From positions 496,001-560,000 of the forward strand of contig OZ059894.1 in assembly GCA_964057225.1 (NCBI GenBank): DNA of 64,000 nt. Direction: 5' to 3'. The notes under the pieces are model-generated. The model was not told where the DNA came from and made no database searches. It saw only the letters and a program-made list of their open reading frames with translations. Position numbers and translations under genes: made by a program. Of the stretch, positions 40,801 to 56,339 are shown one piece after another. Every line of letters starts with the position of its first letter. Within the stretch, counting starts at the first letter, position 1. Source of the stretch: Auanema rhodensis. Its lineage: Eukaryota; Animalia; Nematoda.

Positions 40801-43800
40801 CGTAAATTTCAAAGTCATGGTTACCATGCACCAATATCAATAAAAATTTGTTTTTAGACTAATATGGACATGGGGAATCTAATTTTGAAAACCGCATCTC
40901 TTTATCTTTCACGTGAAGCGAGTTACATACCAAGTGCACATCACGTGTACATTTAATTAGCATAAATTAAAGTTCACGTAATTTTCAAAGACATGGTTAC
41001 CATGAACCAATATCAATAAAAATTTGTTTTTAGACTAATATGGACATGGGGAATCTAATTTTGAAAACCGCATCTCTTTATCTTTCACGTGAAGCAAGCT
41101 ACATACCAAGTGCACATCACGTGTACATTTAATTAGCATAAATTAAAGTTCACGTAAATTTCAAAGTCATGGTTACCATGCACCAATATCAATAAAAATT
41201 TGTTTTTAGACTAATATGGACATGGGGAATCTAATTTTGAAAACCGCATCTCTTTATCTTTCACGTGAAGCGAGTTACATACCAAGTGCACATCACGTGT
41301 ACATTTAATTAGCATAAATTAAAGTTCACGTAAATTTCAAAGTCATGGTTACCATGAACCAATATCAATAAAAATTTGTTTTTAGACTAATATGGACATG
41401 GGGAATCCAATTTTGAAAACCGCATCTCTTTATCTTTCACGTGAAGCGAGTTACATACCAAGTGCACATCACGTGTACATTTAATTAGCATAAATTAAAG
41501 TTCACGTAAATTTCAAAGTCATGGTTACCATAAACCAATATCAATAAAAATTTGTTTTTAGACTAATATGGACATGGGGAATCTAATTTTGAAAACCGCA
41601 TCTCTTTATCTTTCACGTGAAGCGAGTTACATACCAAGTGCACATCACGTGTACATTTAATTAGCATGAATTAAAGTTCACGTAAATTTCAAAGTCATGG
41701 TTACCATGCACCAATATCAATAAAAATTTGTTTTTAGACTAATATGGACATGGGGAATCTAATTTTGAAAACCGCATCTCTTTATCTTTCACGTGAAGCG
41801 AGTTACATACCAAGTGCACATCACGTGTACATTTAATTAGCATAAATTAAAGTTCACGTAATTTTCAAAGACATGGTTACCATGAACCAATATCAATAAA
41901 AATTTGTTTTTAGACTAATATGGACATGGGGAATCTAATTTTGAAAACCGCATCTCTTTATCTTTCACGTGAAGCGAGCTACATACCAAGTGCACATCAC
42001 GTGTACATTTAATTAGCATAAATTAAAGTTCACGTAAATTTCAAAGTCATGGTTACCATGAACCAATATCAATAAAAATTTGTTTTTAGACTAATATGGA
42101 CATGGGGAATCTAATTTTGAAAACCGCATCTCTTTATCTTTCACGTGAAGCGAGTTACATACCAAGTGCACATCACGTGTACATTTAATTAGCATAAATT
42201 AAAGTTCACGTAAATTTCAAAGTCATGGTTACCATGAACCAATATCAATAAAAATTTGTTTTTAGACTAATATGGACATGGGGAATCTAATTTTGAAAAC
42301 CGCATCTCTTTATCTTTCACGTGAAGCGAGTTACATACCAAGTGCACATCACGTGTACATTTAATTAGCATAAATTAAAGTTCACGTAAATTTCAAAGTC
42401 ATGGTTACCATGCACCAATATCAATAAAAATTTGTTTTTAGACTAATATGGACATGGGGAATCTAATTTTGAAAACCGCATCTTTTTATCTTTTACGTGA
42501 AGCGAGTTACATACCAAGTGCACATCACGTGTACATTTAATTAGCATAAATTAAAGTTCATGTAATTTTCAAAGACATGGTTACCATGAACCAATATCAA
42601 TAAAAATTTGTTTTTAGACTAATATGGACATGGGGAATCTAATTTTGAAAACCGCATCTCTTTATCTTTCACGTGAAGCGAGCTACATACCAAGTGCACA
42701 TCACGTGTACATTTAATTAGCATAAATTAAAGTTCACGTAAATTTCAAAGTCATGGTTACCATGAACCAATATCAATAAAAATTTGTTTTTAGACTAATA
42801 TGGACATGGGGAATCTAATTTTGAAAACCGCATCTCTTTATCTTTCACGTGAAGCGAGTTACATACCAAGTGCACATCACGTGTACATTTAATTAGCATA
42901 AATTAAAGTTCACGTAAATTTCAAAGTCATGGTTACCATGAACCAATATCAATAAAAATTTGTTTTTAGACTAATATGGACATGGGGAATCTAATTTTGA
43001 AAACCGCATCTTTTTATCTTTTACGTGAAGCGAGTTACATACCAAGTGCACATCACGTGTACATTTAATTAGCATAAATTAAAGTTCACGTAAATTTCAA
43101 AGTCATGGTTACCATGAACCAATATCAATAAAAATTTGTTTTTAGACTAATATGGACATGGGGAATCTAATTTTGAAAACCGCATCTCTTTATCTTTCAC
43201 GTGAAGCGAGCTACATACCAAGTGCACATCACGTGTACATTTAATTAGCATAAATTAAAGTTCACGTAAATTTCAAAGTCATGGTTACCATGAACCAATA
43301 TCAATAAAAATTTGTTTTTAGACTAATATGGACATGGGGAATCTAATTTTGAAAACCGCATCTCTTTATCTTTCACGTGAAGCGAGTTACATACCAAGTG
43401 CACATCACGTGTACATTTAATTAGCATAAATTAAAGTTCACGTAAATTTCAAAGTCATGGTTACCATGAACCAATATCAATAAAAATTTGTTTTTAGACT
43501 AATATGGACATGGGGAATCTAATTTTGAAAACCGCATCTCTTTATCTTTCACGTGAAGCGAGTTACATACCAAGTGCACATCACGTGTACATTTAATTAG
43601 CATAAATTAAAGTTCACGTAAATTTCAAAGTCATGGTTACCATGCACCAATATCAATAAAAATTTGTTTTTAGACTAATATGGACATGGGGAATCTAATT
43701 TTGAAAACCGCATCTTTTTATCTTTTACGTGAAGCGAGTTACATACCAAGTGCACATCACGTGTACATTTAATTAGCATAAATTAAAGTTCACGTAATTT

Positions 43801-46280
43801 TCAAAGACATGGTTACCATGAACCAATATCAATAAAAATTTGTTTTTAGACTAATATGGACATGGGGAATCTAATTTTGAAAACCGCATCTCTTTATCTT
43901 TCACGTGAAGCGAGCTACATACCAAGTGCACATCACGTGTACATTTAATTAGCATAAATTAAAGTTCACGTAAATTTCAAAGTCATGGTTACCATGAACC
44001 AATATCAATAAAAATTTGTTTTTAGACTAATATGGACATGGGGAATCTAATTTTGAAAACCGCATCTCTTTATCTTTCACGTGAAGCGAGTTACATACCA
44101 AGTGCACATCACGTGTACATTTAATTAGCATAAATTAAAGTTCACGTAAATTTCAAAGTCATGGTTACCATGAACCAATATCAATAAAAATTTGTTTTTA
44201 GACTAATATGGACATGGGGAATCTAATTTTGAAAACCGCATCTCTTTATCTTTCACGTGAAGCGAGTTACATACCAAGTGCACATCACGTGTACATTTAA
44301 TTAGCATAAATTAAAGTTCACGTAAATTTCAAAGTCATGGTTACCATGCACCAATATCAATAAAACTTTGTTTTTAGACTAATATGGACATGGGGAATCT
44401 AATTTTGAAAACCGCATCTCTTTATCTTTCACGTGAAGCGAGTTACATACCAAGTGCACATCACGTGTACATTTAATTAGCATAAATTAAAGTTCACGTA
44501 ATTTTCAAAGACATGGTTACCATGAACCAATATCAATAAAAATTTGTTTTTAGACTAATATGGACATGGGGAATCTAATTTTGAAAACCGCATCTCTTTA
44601 TCTTTCACGTGAAGCGAGCTACATACCAAGTGCACATCACGTGTACATTTAATTAGCATAAATTAAAGTTCACGTAAATTTCAAAGTCATGGTTACCAAG
44701 AACCAATATCAATAAAAATTTGTTTTTAGACTAATATGGACATGGGGAATCTAATTTTGAAAACCGCATCTTTTTATCTTTCACGTGAAGCGAGTTACAT
44801 ACCAAGTGCACATCACGTGTACATTTAATTAGCATAAATTAAAGTTCACGTAAATTTCAAAGTCATGGTTACCATGCACCAATATCAATAAAACTTTGTT
44901 TTTAGACTAATATGGACATGGGGAATCTAATTTTGAAAACCGCATCTCTTTATCTTTCACGTGAAGCAAGTTACATACCAAGTGCACATCACGTGTACAT
45001 TTAATTAGCATAAATTAAAGTACACGTAAATTTCAAAGTCATGGTTACCATGCACCAATATCAATAAAAATTTGTTTTTAGACTAATATGGACATGGGGA
45101 ATCTAATTTTGAAAACCGCATCTCTTTATCTTTCACGTGAAGCGAGTTACATACCAAGTGCACATCACGTGTACATTTAATTAGCATAAATTAAAGTTCA
45201 CGTAAATTTCAAAGTCATGGTTACCATGAACCAATATCAATAAAAATTTGTTTTTAGACTATTATGGACATGGGGAATCTAATTTTGAAAACCGCATCTC
45301 TTTATCTTTCACGTGAAGCGAGTTACATACCAAGTGCACATCACGTGTACATTTAATTAGCATAAATTAAAGTTCACGTAAATTTCAAAGTCATGGTTAC
45401 CATGCACCAATATCAATAAAACTTTGTTTTTAGACTAATATGGACATGGGGAATCTAATTTTGAAAACCGCATCTCTTTATCTTTCACGTGAAGCGAGTT
45501 ACATACCAAGTGCACATCACGTGTACATTTAATTAGCATAAATTAAAGTTCACGTAAATTTCAAAGTCATGGTTACCATGCACCAATATCAATAAAAATT
45601 TGTTTTTAGACTAATATGGACATGGGGAATCTAATTTTGAAAACCGCATCTCTTTATCTTTCACGTGAAGCGAGTTACATACCAAGTGCACATCACGTGT
45701 ACATTTAATTAGCATAAATTAAAGTTCACGTAAATTTCAAAGTCATGGTTACCATGCACCAATATCAATAAAAATTTGTTTTTAGACTAATATGGACATG
45801 GGGAATCTAATTTTGAAAACCGCATCTCTTTATCTTTCACGTGAAGCTAGTTACATACCAAGTGCACATCACGTGTACATTTAATTAGCATAAATTAAAG
45901 TTCACGTAAATTTCAAAGTCATGGTTACCATGAACCAATATCAATAAAAATTTGTTTTTAGACTAATATGGACATGGGGAATCTAATTTTGAAAACCGCA
46001 TCTCTTTATCTTTCACCTGAAGCGAGTTACATACCAAGTGCACATCACGTGTACATTTAATTAGCATAAATTAAAGTTCACGTAAATTTCAAAGTCATGG
46101 TTACCATGCACCAATATCAATAAAAATTTGTTTTTAGACTAATATGGACATGGGGAATCTAATTTTGAAAACCGCATCTCTTTATCTTTCACGTGAAGCG
46201 AGTTACATACCAAGTGCACATCACGTGTACATTTAATTAGCATAAATTAAAGTTCACGTAATTTTCAAAGACATGGTTAC
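37860..46280 (+). repeat. ~18-monomer block duplicated at 30-monomer spacing (5280 bp)
   Basis: gctac 37931/43211, ccaag 39419/44699, gtacacg 39742/45022, attatgg 39982/45262 and gctag 40568/45848 all recur at +5280. Confidence 0.88.
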
Positions 46281-48060
46281 CATGCACCAATATCAATAAA
46301 ACTTTGTTTTTAGACTAATATGTACATGGGGAATCTAATTTTGAAAACCGCATCTCTTTATCTTTCACGTGAAGCAAGTTACATACCAAGTGCACATCAC
46401 GTGTACATTTAATTAGCATAAATTAAAGTTCACGTAAATTTCAAAGTCATGGTTACCATGAACCAATATCAATAAAAATTTGTTTTTAGACTAATATGGA
46501 CATGGGGAATCCAATTTTGAAAACCGCATCTCTTTATCTTTCACGTGAAGCGAGTTACATACCAAGTGCACATCACGTGTACATTTAATTAGCATAAATT
46601 AAAGTTCACGTAAATTTCAAAGTCATGGTTACCATAAACCAATATCAATAAAAATTTGTTTTTAGACTAATATGGACATGGGGAATCTAATTTTGAAAAC
46701 CGCATCTCTTTATCTTTCACGTGAAGCGAGTTACATACCAAGTGCACATCACGTGTACATTTAATTAGCATGAATTAAAGTTCACGTAAATTTCAAAGTC
46801 ATGGTTACCATGCACCAATATCAATAAAAATTTGTTTTTAGACTAATATGGACATGGGGAATCTAATTTTGAAAACCGCATCTCTTTATCTTTCACGTGA
46901 AGCGAGTTACATACCAAGTGCACATCACGTGTACATTTAATTAGCATAAATTAAAGTTCACGTAATTTTCAAAGACATGGTTACCATGAACCAATATCAA
47001 TAAAAATTTGTTTTTAGACTAATATGGACATGGGGAATCTAATTTTGAAAACCGCATCTCTTTATCTTTCACGTGAAGCGAGTTACATACCAAGTGCACA
47101 TCACGTGTACATTTAATTAGCATGAATTAAAGTTCACGTAATTTTCAAAGACATGGTTACCATGCACCAATATCAATAAAACTTTGTTTTTAGACTAATA
47201 TGTACATGGGGAATCTAATTTTGAAAACCGCATCTCTTTATCTTTCACGTGAAGCAAGTTACATACCAAGTGCACATCACGTGTACATTTAATTAGCATA
47301 AATTAAAGTTCACGTAAATTTCAAAGTCATGGTTACCATGAACCAATATCAATAAAAATTTGTTTTTAGACTAATATGGACATGGGGAATCCAATTTTGA
47401 AAACCGCATCTCTTTATCTTTCACGTGAAGCGAGTTACATACCAAGTGCACATCACGTGTACATTTAATTAGCATAAATTAAAGTTCACGTAAATTTCAA
47501 AGTCATGGTTACCATAAACCAATATCAATAAAAATTTGTTTTTAGACTAATATGGACATGGGGAATCTAATTTTGAAAACCGCATCTCTTTATCTTTCAC
47601 GTGAAGCGAGTTACATACCAAGTGCACATCACGTGTACATTTAATTAGCATGAATTAAAGTTCACGTAAATTTCAAAGTCATGGTTACCATGCACCAATA
47701 TCAATAAAAATTTGTTTTTAGACTAATATGGACATGGGGAATCTAATTTTGAAAACCGCATCTCTTTATCTTTCACGTGAAGCGAGTTACATACCAAGTG
47801 CACATCACGTGTACATTTAATTAGCATAAATTAAAGTTCACGTAATTTTCAAAGACATGGTTACCATGAACCAATATCAATAAAAATTTGTTTTTAGACT
47901 AATATGGACATGGGGAATCTAATTTTGAAAACCGCATCTCTTTATCTTTCACGTGAAGCGAGTTACATACCAAGTGCACATCACGTGTACATTTAATTAG
48001 CATGAATTAAAGTTCACGTAAATTTCAAAGTCATGGTTACCATGCACCAATATCAATAAA
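46260..48060 (+). repeat. 5-monomer (880-bp) tandem duplication
   Basis: tatgtac 46323/47203, atccaa 46512/47392 and cataaacc 46636/47516 recur at +880. Confidence 0.85.
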
Positions 48061-48269
48061 AATTTGTTTTTAGACTAATATGGACATGGGGAATCTAATT
48101 TTGAAAACCGCATCTCTTTATCTTTCACGTGAAGCGAGTTACATACCAAGTGCACATCACGTGTACATTTAATTAGCATAAATTAAAGTTCACGTAATTT
48201 TCAAAGACATGGTTACCATGAACCAATATCAATAAAAATTTGTTTTTAGACTAATATGGACATGGGGAA

Positions 48270-51200
48270 TCTAATTTTGAAAACCGCATCTCTTTATCTT
48301 TCACGTGAAGCGAGCTACATACCAAGTGCACATCACGTGTACATTTAATTAGCATAAATTAAAGTTCACGTAAATTTCAAAGTCATGGTTACCATGAACC
48401 AATATCAATAAAAATTTGTTTTTAGACTAATATGGACATGGGGAATCTAATTTTGAAAACCGCATCTCTTTATCTTTCACGTGAAGCGAGTTACATACCA
48501 AGTGCACATCACGTGTACATTTAATTAGCATAAATTAAAGTTCACGTAAATTTCAAAGTCATGGTTACCATGAACCAATATCAATAAAAATTTGTTTTTA
48601 GACTAATATGGACATGGGGAATCTAATTTTGAAAACCGCATCTCTTTATCTTTCACGTGAAGCGAGTTACATACCAAGTGCACATCACGTGTACATTTAA
48701 TTAGCATAAATTAAAGTTCACGTAAATTTCAAAGTCATGGTTACCATGCACCAATATCAATAAAAATTTGTTTTTAGACTAATATGGACATGGGGAATCT
48801 AATTTTGAAAACCGCATCTTTTTATCTTTTACGTGAAGCGAGTTACATACCAAGTGCACATCACGTGTACATTTAATTAGCATAAATTAAAGTTCATGTA
48901 ATTTTCAAAGACATGGTTACCATGAACCAATATCAATAAAAATTTGTTTTTAGACTAATATGGACATGGGGAATCTAATTTTGAAAACCGCATCTCTTTA
49001 TCTTTCACGTGAAGCGAGCTACATACCAAGTGCACATCACGTGTACATTTAATTAGCATAAATTAAAGTTCACGTAAATTTCAAAGTCATGGTTACCATG
49101 AACCAATATCAATAAAAATTTGTTTTTAGACTAATATGGACATGGGGAATCTAATTTTGAAAACCGCATCTCTTTATCTTTCACGTGAAGCGAGTTACAT
49201 ACCAAGTGCACATCACGTGTACATTTAATTAGCATAAATTAAAGTTCACGTAAATTTCAAAGTCATGGTTACCATGAACCAATATCAATAAAAATTTGTT
49301 TTTAGACTAATATGGACATGGGGAATCTAATTTTGAAAACCGCATCTCTTTATCTTTCACGTGAAGCGAGTTACATACCAAGTGCACATCACGTGTACAT
49401 TTAATTAGCATAAATTAAAGTTCACGTAAATTTCAAAGTCATGGTTACCATGCACCAATATCAATAAAACTTTGTTTTTAGACTAATATGGACATGGGGA
49501 ATCTAATTTTGAAAACCGCATCTCTTTAACTTTCACGTGAAGCGAGCTACATACCAAGTGCACATCACGTGTACATTTAATTAGCATAAATTAAAGTTCA
49601 CGTAAATTTCAAAGTCATGGTTACCATGAACCAATATCAATAAAAATTTGTTTTTAGACTAATATGGACATGGGGAATCTAATTTTGAAAACCGCATCTC
49701 TTTATCTTTCACGTGAAGCGAGTTACATACCAAGTGCACATCACGTGTACATTTAATTAGCATAAATTAAAGTTCACGTAAATTTCAAAGTCATGGTTAC
49801 CATGAACCAATATCAATAAAAATTTGTTTTTAGACTAATATGGACATGGGGAATCTAATTTTGAAAACCGCATCTCTTTATCTTTCACGTGAAGCGAGTT
49901 ACATACCAAGTGCACATCACGTGTACATTTAATTAGCATAAATTAAAGTTCACGTAAATTTCAAAGTCATGGTTACCATGCACCAATATCAATAAAACTT
50001 TGTTTTTAGACTAATATGTACATGGGGAATCTAATTTTGAAAACCGCATCTCTTTATCTTTCACGTGAAGCGAGCTACATACCAAGTGCACATCACGTGT
50101 ACATTTAATTAGCATAAATTAAAGTTCACGTAAATTTCAAAGTCATGGTTACCATGAACCAATATCAATAAAAATTTGTTTTTAGACTAATATGGACATG
50201 GGGAATCTAATTTTGAAAACCGCATCTCTTTATCTTTCACGTGAAGCGAGTTACATACCAAGTGCACATCACGTGTACATTTAATTAGCATAAATTAAAG
50301 TTCACGTAAATTTCAAAGTCATGGTTACCATGAACCAATATCAATAAAAATTTGTTTTTAGACTAATATGGACATGGGGAATCTAATTTTGAAAACCGCA
50401 TCTCTTTATCTTTCACGTGAAGCGAGTTACATACCAAGTGCACATCACGTGTACATTTAATTAGCATAAATTAAAGTTCACGTAAATTTCAAAGTCATGG
50501 TTACCATGCACCAATATCAATAAAAATTTGTTTTTAGACTAATATGGACATGGGGAATCTAATTTTGAAAACCGCATCTTTTTATCTTTTACGTGAAGCG
50601 AGTTACATACCAAGTGCACATCACGTGTACATTTAATTAGCATAAATTAAAGTTCATGTAATTTTCAAAGACATGGTTACCATGAACCAATATCAATAAA
50701 AATTTGTTTTTAGACTAATATGGACATGGGGAATCTAATTTTGAAAACCGCATCTCTTTATCTTTCACGTGAAGCGAGCTACATACCAAGTGCACATCAC
50801 GTGTACATTTAATTAGCATAAATTAAAGTTCACGTAAATTTCAAAGTCATGGTTACCATGAACCAATATCAATAAAAATTTGTTTTTAGACTAATATGGA
50901 CATGGGGAATCTAATTTTGAAAACCGCATCTCTTTATCTTTCACGTGAAGCGAGTTACATACCAAGTGCACATCACGTGTACATTTAATTAGCATAAATT
51001 AAAGTTCACGTAAATTTCAAAGTCATGGTTACCATGAACCAATATCAATAAAAATTTGTTTTTAGACTAATATGGACATGGGGAATCTAATTTTGAAAAC
51101 CGCATCTCTTTATCTTTCACGTGAAGCGAGTTACATACCAAGTGCACATCACGTGTACATTTAATTAGCATAAATTAAAGTTCACGTAAATTTCAAAGTC

Positions 51201-51790
51201 ATGGTTACCATGCACCAATATCAATAAAACTTTGTTTTTAGACTAATATGGACATGGGGAATCTAATTTTGAAAACCGCATCTCTTTAACTTTCACGTGA
51301 AGCGAGCTACATACCAAGTGCACATCACGTGTACATTTAATTAGCATAAATTAAAGTTCACGTAAATTTCAAAGTCATGGTTACCATGAACCAATATCAA
51401 TAAAAATTTGTTTTTAGACTAATATGGACATGGGGAATCTAATTTTGAAAACCGCATCTCTTTATCTTTCACGTGAAGCGAGTTACATACCAAGTGCACA
51501 TCACGTGTACATTTAATTAGCATAAATTAAAGTTCACGTAAATTTCAAAGTCATGGTTACCATGAACCAATATCAATAAAAATTTGTTTTTAGACTAATA
51601 TGGACATGGGGAATCTAATTTTGAAAACCGCATCTCTTTATCTTTCACGTGAAGCGAGTTACATACCAAGTGCACATCACGTGTACATTTAATTAGCATA
51701 AATTAAAGTTCACGTAAATTTCAAAGTCATGGTTACCATGCACCAATATCAATAAAACTTTGTTTTTAGACTAATATGTACATGGGGAAT
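48270..51790 (+). repeat. 10-monomer (1760-bp) tandem duplication
   Basis: ttcatgta 48897/50657, tttaac 49529/51289 and tatgta 50019/51779 recur at +1760. Confidence 0.87.
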
Positions 51791-54700
51791 CTAATTTTGA
51801 AAACCGCATCTCTTTATCTTTCACGTGAAGCAAGTTACATACCAAGTGCACATCACGTGTACATTTAATTAGCATAAATTAAAGTTCACGTAAATTTCAA
51901 AGTCATGGTTACCATGCACCAATATCAATAAAAATTTGTTTTTAGACTAATATGGACATGGGGAATCTAATTTTGAAAACCGCATCTCTTTATCTTTCAC
52001 GTGAAGCGAGTTACATACCAAGTGCACATCACGTGTACATTTAATTAGCATAAATTAAAGTTCACGTAAATTTCAAAGTCATGGTTACCATGAACCAATA
52101 TCAATAAAAATTTGTTTTTAGACTAATATGGACATGGGGAATCTAATTTTGAAAACCGCATCTCTTTATCTTTCACGTGAAGCGAGTTACATACCAAGTG
52201 CACATCACGTGTACATTTAATTAGCATAAATTAAAGTTCACGTAAATTTCAAAGTCATGGTTACCATGCACCAATATCAATAAAACTTTGTTTTTAGACT
52301 AATATGGACATGGGGAATCTAATTTTGAAAACCGCATCTCTTTATCTTTCACGTGAAGCGAGTTACATACCAAGTGCACATCACGTGTACATTTAATTAG
52401 CATAAATTAAAGTTCACGTAAATTTCAAAGTCATGGTTACCATGCACCAATATCAATAAAAATTTGTTTTTAGACTAATATGGACATGGGGAATCTAATT
52501 TTGAAAACCGCATCTCTTTATCTTTCACGTGAAGCGAGTTACATACCAAGTGCACATCACGTGTACATTTAATTAGCATAAATTAAAGTTCACGTAAATT
52601 TCAAAGTCATGGTTACCATGCACCAATATCAATAAAAATTTGTTTTTAGACTAATATGGACATGGGGAATCTAATTTTGAAAACCGCATCTCTTTATCTT
52701 TCACGTGAAGCTAGTTACATACCAAGTGCACATCACGTGTACATTTAATTAGCATAAATTAAAGTTCACGTAAATTTCAAAGTCATGGTTACCATGAACC
52801 AATATCAATAAAAATTTGTTTTTAGACTAATATGGACATGGGGAATCTAATTTTGAAAACCGCATCTCTTTATCTTTCACGTGAAGCGAGTTACATACCA
52901 AGTGCACATCACGTGTACATTTAATTAGCATAAATTAAAGTTCACGTAAATTTCAAAGTCATGGTTACCATGAACCAATATCAATAAAAATTTGTTTTTA
53001 GACTAATATGGACATGGGGAATCTAATTTTGAAAACCGCATCTCTTTATCTTTCACGTGAAGCGAGTTACATACCAAGTGCACATCACGTGTACATTTAA
53101 TTAGCATAAATTAAAGTTCACGTAATTTTCAAAGACATGGTTACCATGAACCAATATCAATAAAAATTTGTTTTTAGACTAATATGGACATGGGGAATCT
53201 AATTTTGAAAACCGCATCTCTTTATCTTTCACGTGAAGCGAGCTACATACCAAGTGCACATCACGTGTACATTTAATTAGCATAAATTAAAGTTCACGTA
53301 AATTTCAAAGTCATGGTTACCATGCACCAATATCAATAAAAATTTGTTTTTAGACTAATATGGACATGGGGAATCTAATTTTGAAAACCGCATCTCTTTA
53401 TCTTTCACGTGAAGCGAGTTACATACCAAGTGCACATCACGTGTACATTTAATTAGCATAAATTAAAGTTCACGTAAATTTCAAAGTCATGGTTACCATG
53501 AACCAATATCAATAAAAATTTGTTTTTAGACTAATATGGACATGGGGAATCCAATTTTGAAAACCGCATCTCTTTATCTTTCACGTGAAGCGAGTTACAT
53601 ACCAAGTGCACATCACGTGTACATTTAATTAGCATAAATTAAAGTTCACGTAAATTTCAAAGTCATGGTTACCATGAACCAATATCAATAAAAATTTGTT
53701 TTTAGACTAATATGGACATGGGGAATCTAATTTTGAAAACCGCATCTCTTTATCTTTCACGTGAAGCGAGTTACATACCAAGTGCACATCACGTGTACAT
53801 TTAATTAGCATGAATTAAAGTTCACGTAAATTTCAAAGTCATGGTTACCATGCACCAATATCAATAAAAATTTGTTTTTAGACTAATATGGACATGGGGA
53901 ATCTAATTTTGAAAACCGCATCTCTTTATCTTTCACGTGAAGCGAGTTACATACCAAGTGCACATCACGTGTACATTTAATTAGCATAAATTAAAGTTCA
54001 CGTAATTTTCAAAGACATGGTTACCATGAACCAATATCAATAAAAATTTGTTTTTAGACTAATATGGACATGGGGAATCTAATTTTGAAAACCGCATCTC
54101 TTTATCTTTCACGTGAAGCGAGCTACATACCAAGTGCACATCACGTGTACATTTAATTAGCATAAATTAAAGTTCACGTAAATTTCAAAGTCATGGTTAC
54201 CATGAACCAATATCAATAAAAATTTGTTTTTAGACTAATATGGACATGGGGAATCTAATTTTGAAAACCGCATCTCTTTATCTTTCACGTGAAGCGAGTT
54301 ACATACCAAGTGCACATCACGTGTACATTTAATTAGCATAAATTAAAGTTCACGTAAATTTCAAAGTCATGGTTACCATGAACCAATATCAATAAAAATT
54401 TGTTTTTAGACTAATATGGACATGGGGAATCTAATTTTGAAAACCGCATCTCTTTATCTTTCACGTGAAGCGAGTTACATACCAAGTGCACATCACGTGT
54501 ACATTTAATTAGCATAAATTAAAGTTCACGTAAATTTCAAAGTCATGGTTACCATGCACCAATATCAATAAAAATTTGTTTTTAGACTAATATGGACATG
54601 GGGAATCTAATTTTGAAAACCGCATCTTTTTATCTTTTACGTGAAGCGAGTTACATACCAAGTGCACATCACGTGTACATTTAATTAGCATAAATTAAAG

Positions 54701-56339
54701 TTCATGTAATTTTCAAAGACATGGTTATCATGAACCAATATCAATAAAAATTTGTTTTTAGACTAATATGGACATGGGGAATCTAATTTTGAAAACCGCA
54801 TCTCTTTATCTTTCACGTGAAGCGAGCTACATACCAAGTGCACATCACGTGTACATTTAATTAGCATAAATTAAAGTTCACGTAAATTTCAAAGTCATGG
54901 TTACCATGAACCAATATCAATAAAAATTTGTTTTTAGACTAATATGGACATGGGGAATCTAATTTTGAAAACCGCATCTCTTTATCTTTCACGTGAAGCG
55001 AGTTACATACCAAGTGCACATCACGTGTACATTTAATTAGCATAAATTAAAGTTCACGTAAATTTCAAAGTCATGGTTACCATGAACCAATATCAATAAA
55101 AATTTGTTTTTAGACTAATATGGACATGGGGAATCTAATTTTGAAAACCGCATCTCTTTATCTTTCACGTGAAGCGAGTTACATACCAAGTGCACATCAC
55201 GTGTACATTTAATTAGCATAAATTAAAGTTCACGTAAATTTCAAAGTCATGGTTACCATGCACCAATATCAATAAAACTTTGTTTTTAGACTAATATGGA
55301 CATGGGGAATCTAATTTTGAAAACCGCATCTCTTTATCTTTCACGTGAAGCGAGCTACATACCAAGTGCACATCACGTGTACATTTAATTAGCATAAATT
55401 AAAGTTCACGTAAATTTCAAAGTCATGGTTACCATGAACCAATATCAATAAAAATTTGTTTTTAGACTAATATGGACATGGGGAATCTAATTTTGAAAAC
55501 CGCATCTCTTTATCTTTCACGTGAAGCGAGTTACATACCAAGTGCACATCACGTGTACATTTAATTAGCATAAATTAAAGTTCACGTAAATTTCAAAGTC
55601 ATGGTTACCATGAACCAATATCAATAAAAATTTGTTTTTAGACTAATATGGACATGGGGAATCTAATTTTGAAAACCGCATCTCTTTATCTTTCACGTGA
55701 AGCGAGCTACATACCAAGTGCACATCACGTGTACATTTAATTAGCATAAATTAAAGTTCACGTAAATTTCAAAGTCATGGTTACCATGAACCAATATCAA
55801 TAAAAATTTGTTTTTAGACTAATATGGACATGGGGAATCTAATTTTGAAAACCGCATCTCTTTATCTTTCACGTGAAGCGAGTTACATACCAAGTGCACA
55901 TCACGTGTACATTTAATTAGCATAAATTAAAGTTCACGTAAATTTCAAAGTCATGGTTACCATGAACCAATATCAATAAAAATTTGTTTTTAGACTAATA
56001 TGGACATGGGGAATCTAATTTTGAAAACCGCATCTCTTTATCTTTCACGTGAAGCGAGTTACATACCAAGTGCACATCACGTGTACATTTAATTAGCATA
56101 AATTAAAGTTCACGTAAATTTCAAAGTCATGGTTACCATGCACCAATATCAATAAAACTTTGTTTTTAGACTAATATGGACATGGGGAATCTAATTTTGA
56201 AAACCGCATCTCTTTATCTTTCACGTGAAGCGAGCTACATACCAAGTGCACATCACGTGTACATTTAATTAGCATAAATTAAAGTTCACGTAAATTTCAA
56301 AGTCATGGTTACCATGAACCAATATCAATAAAAATTTGT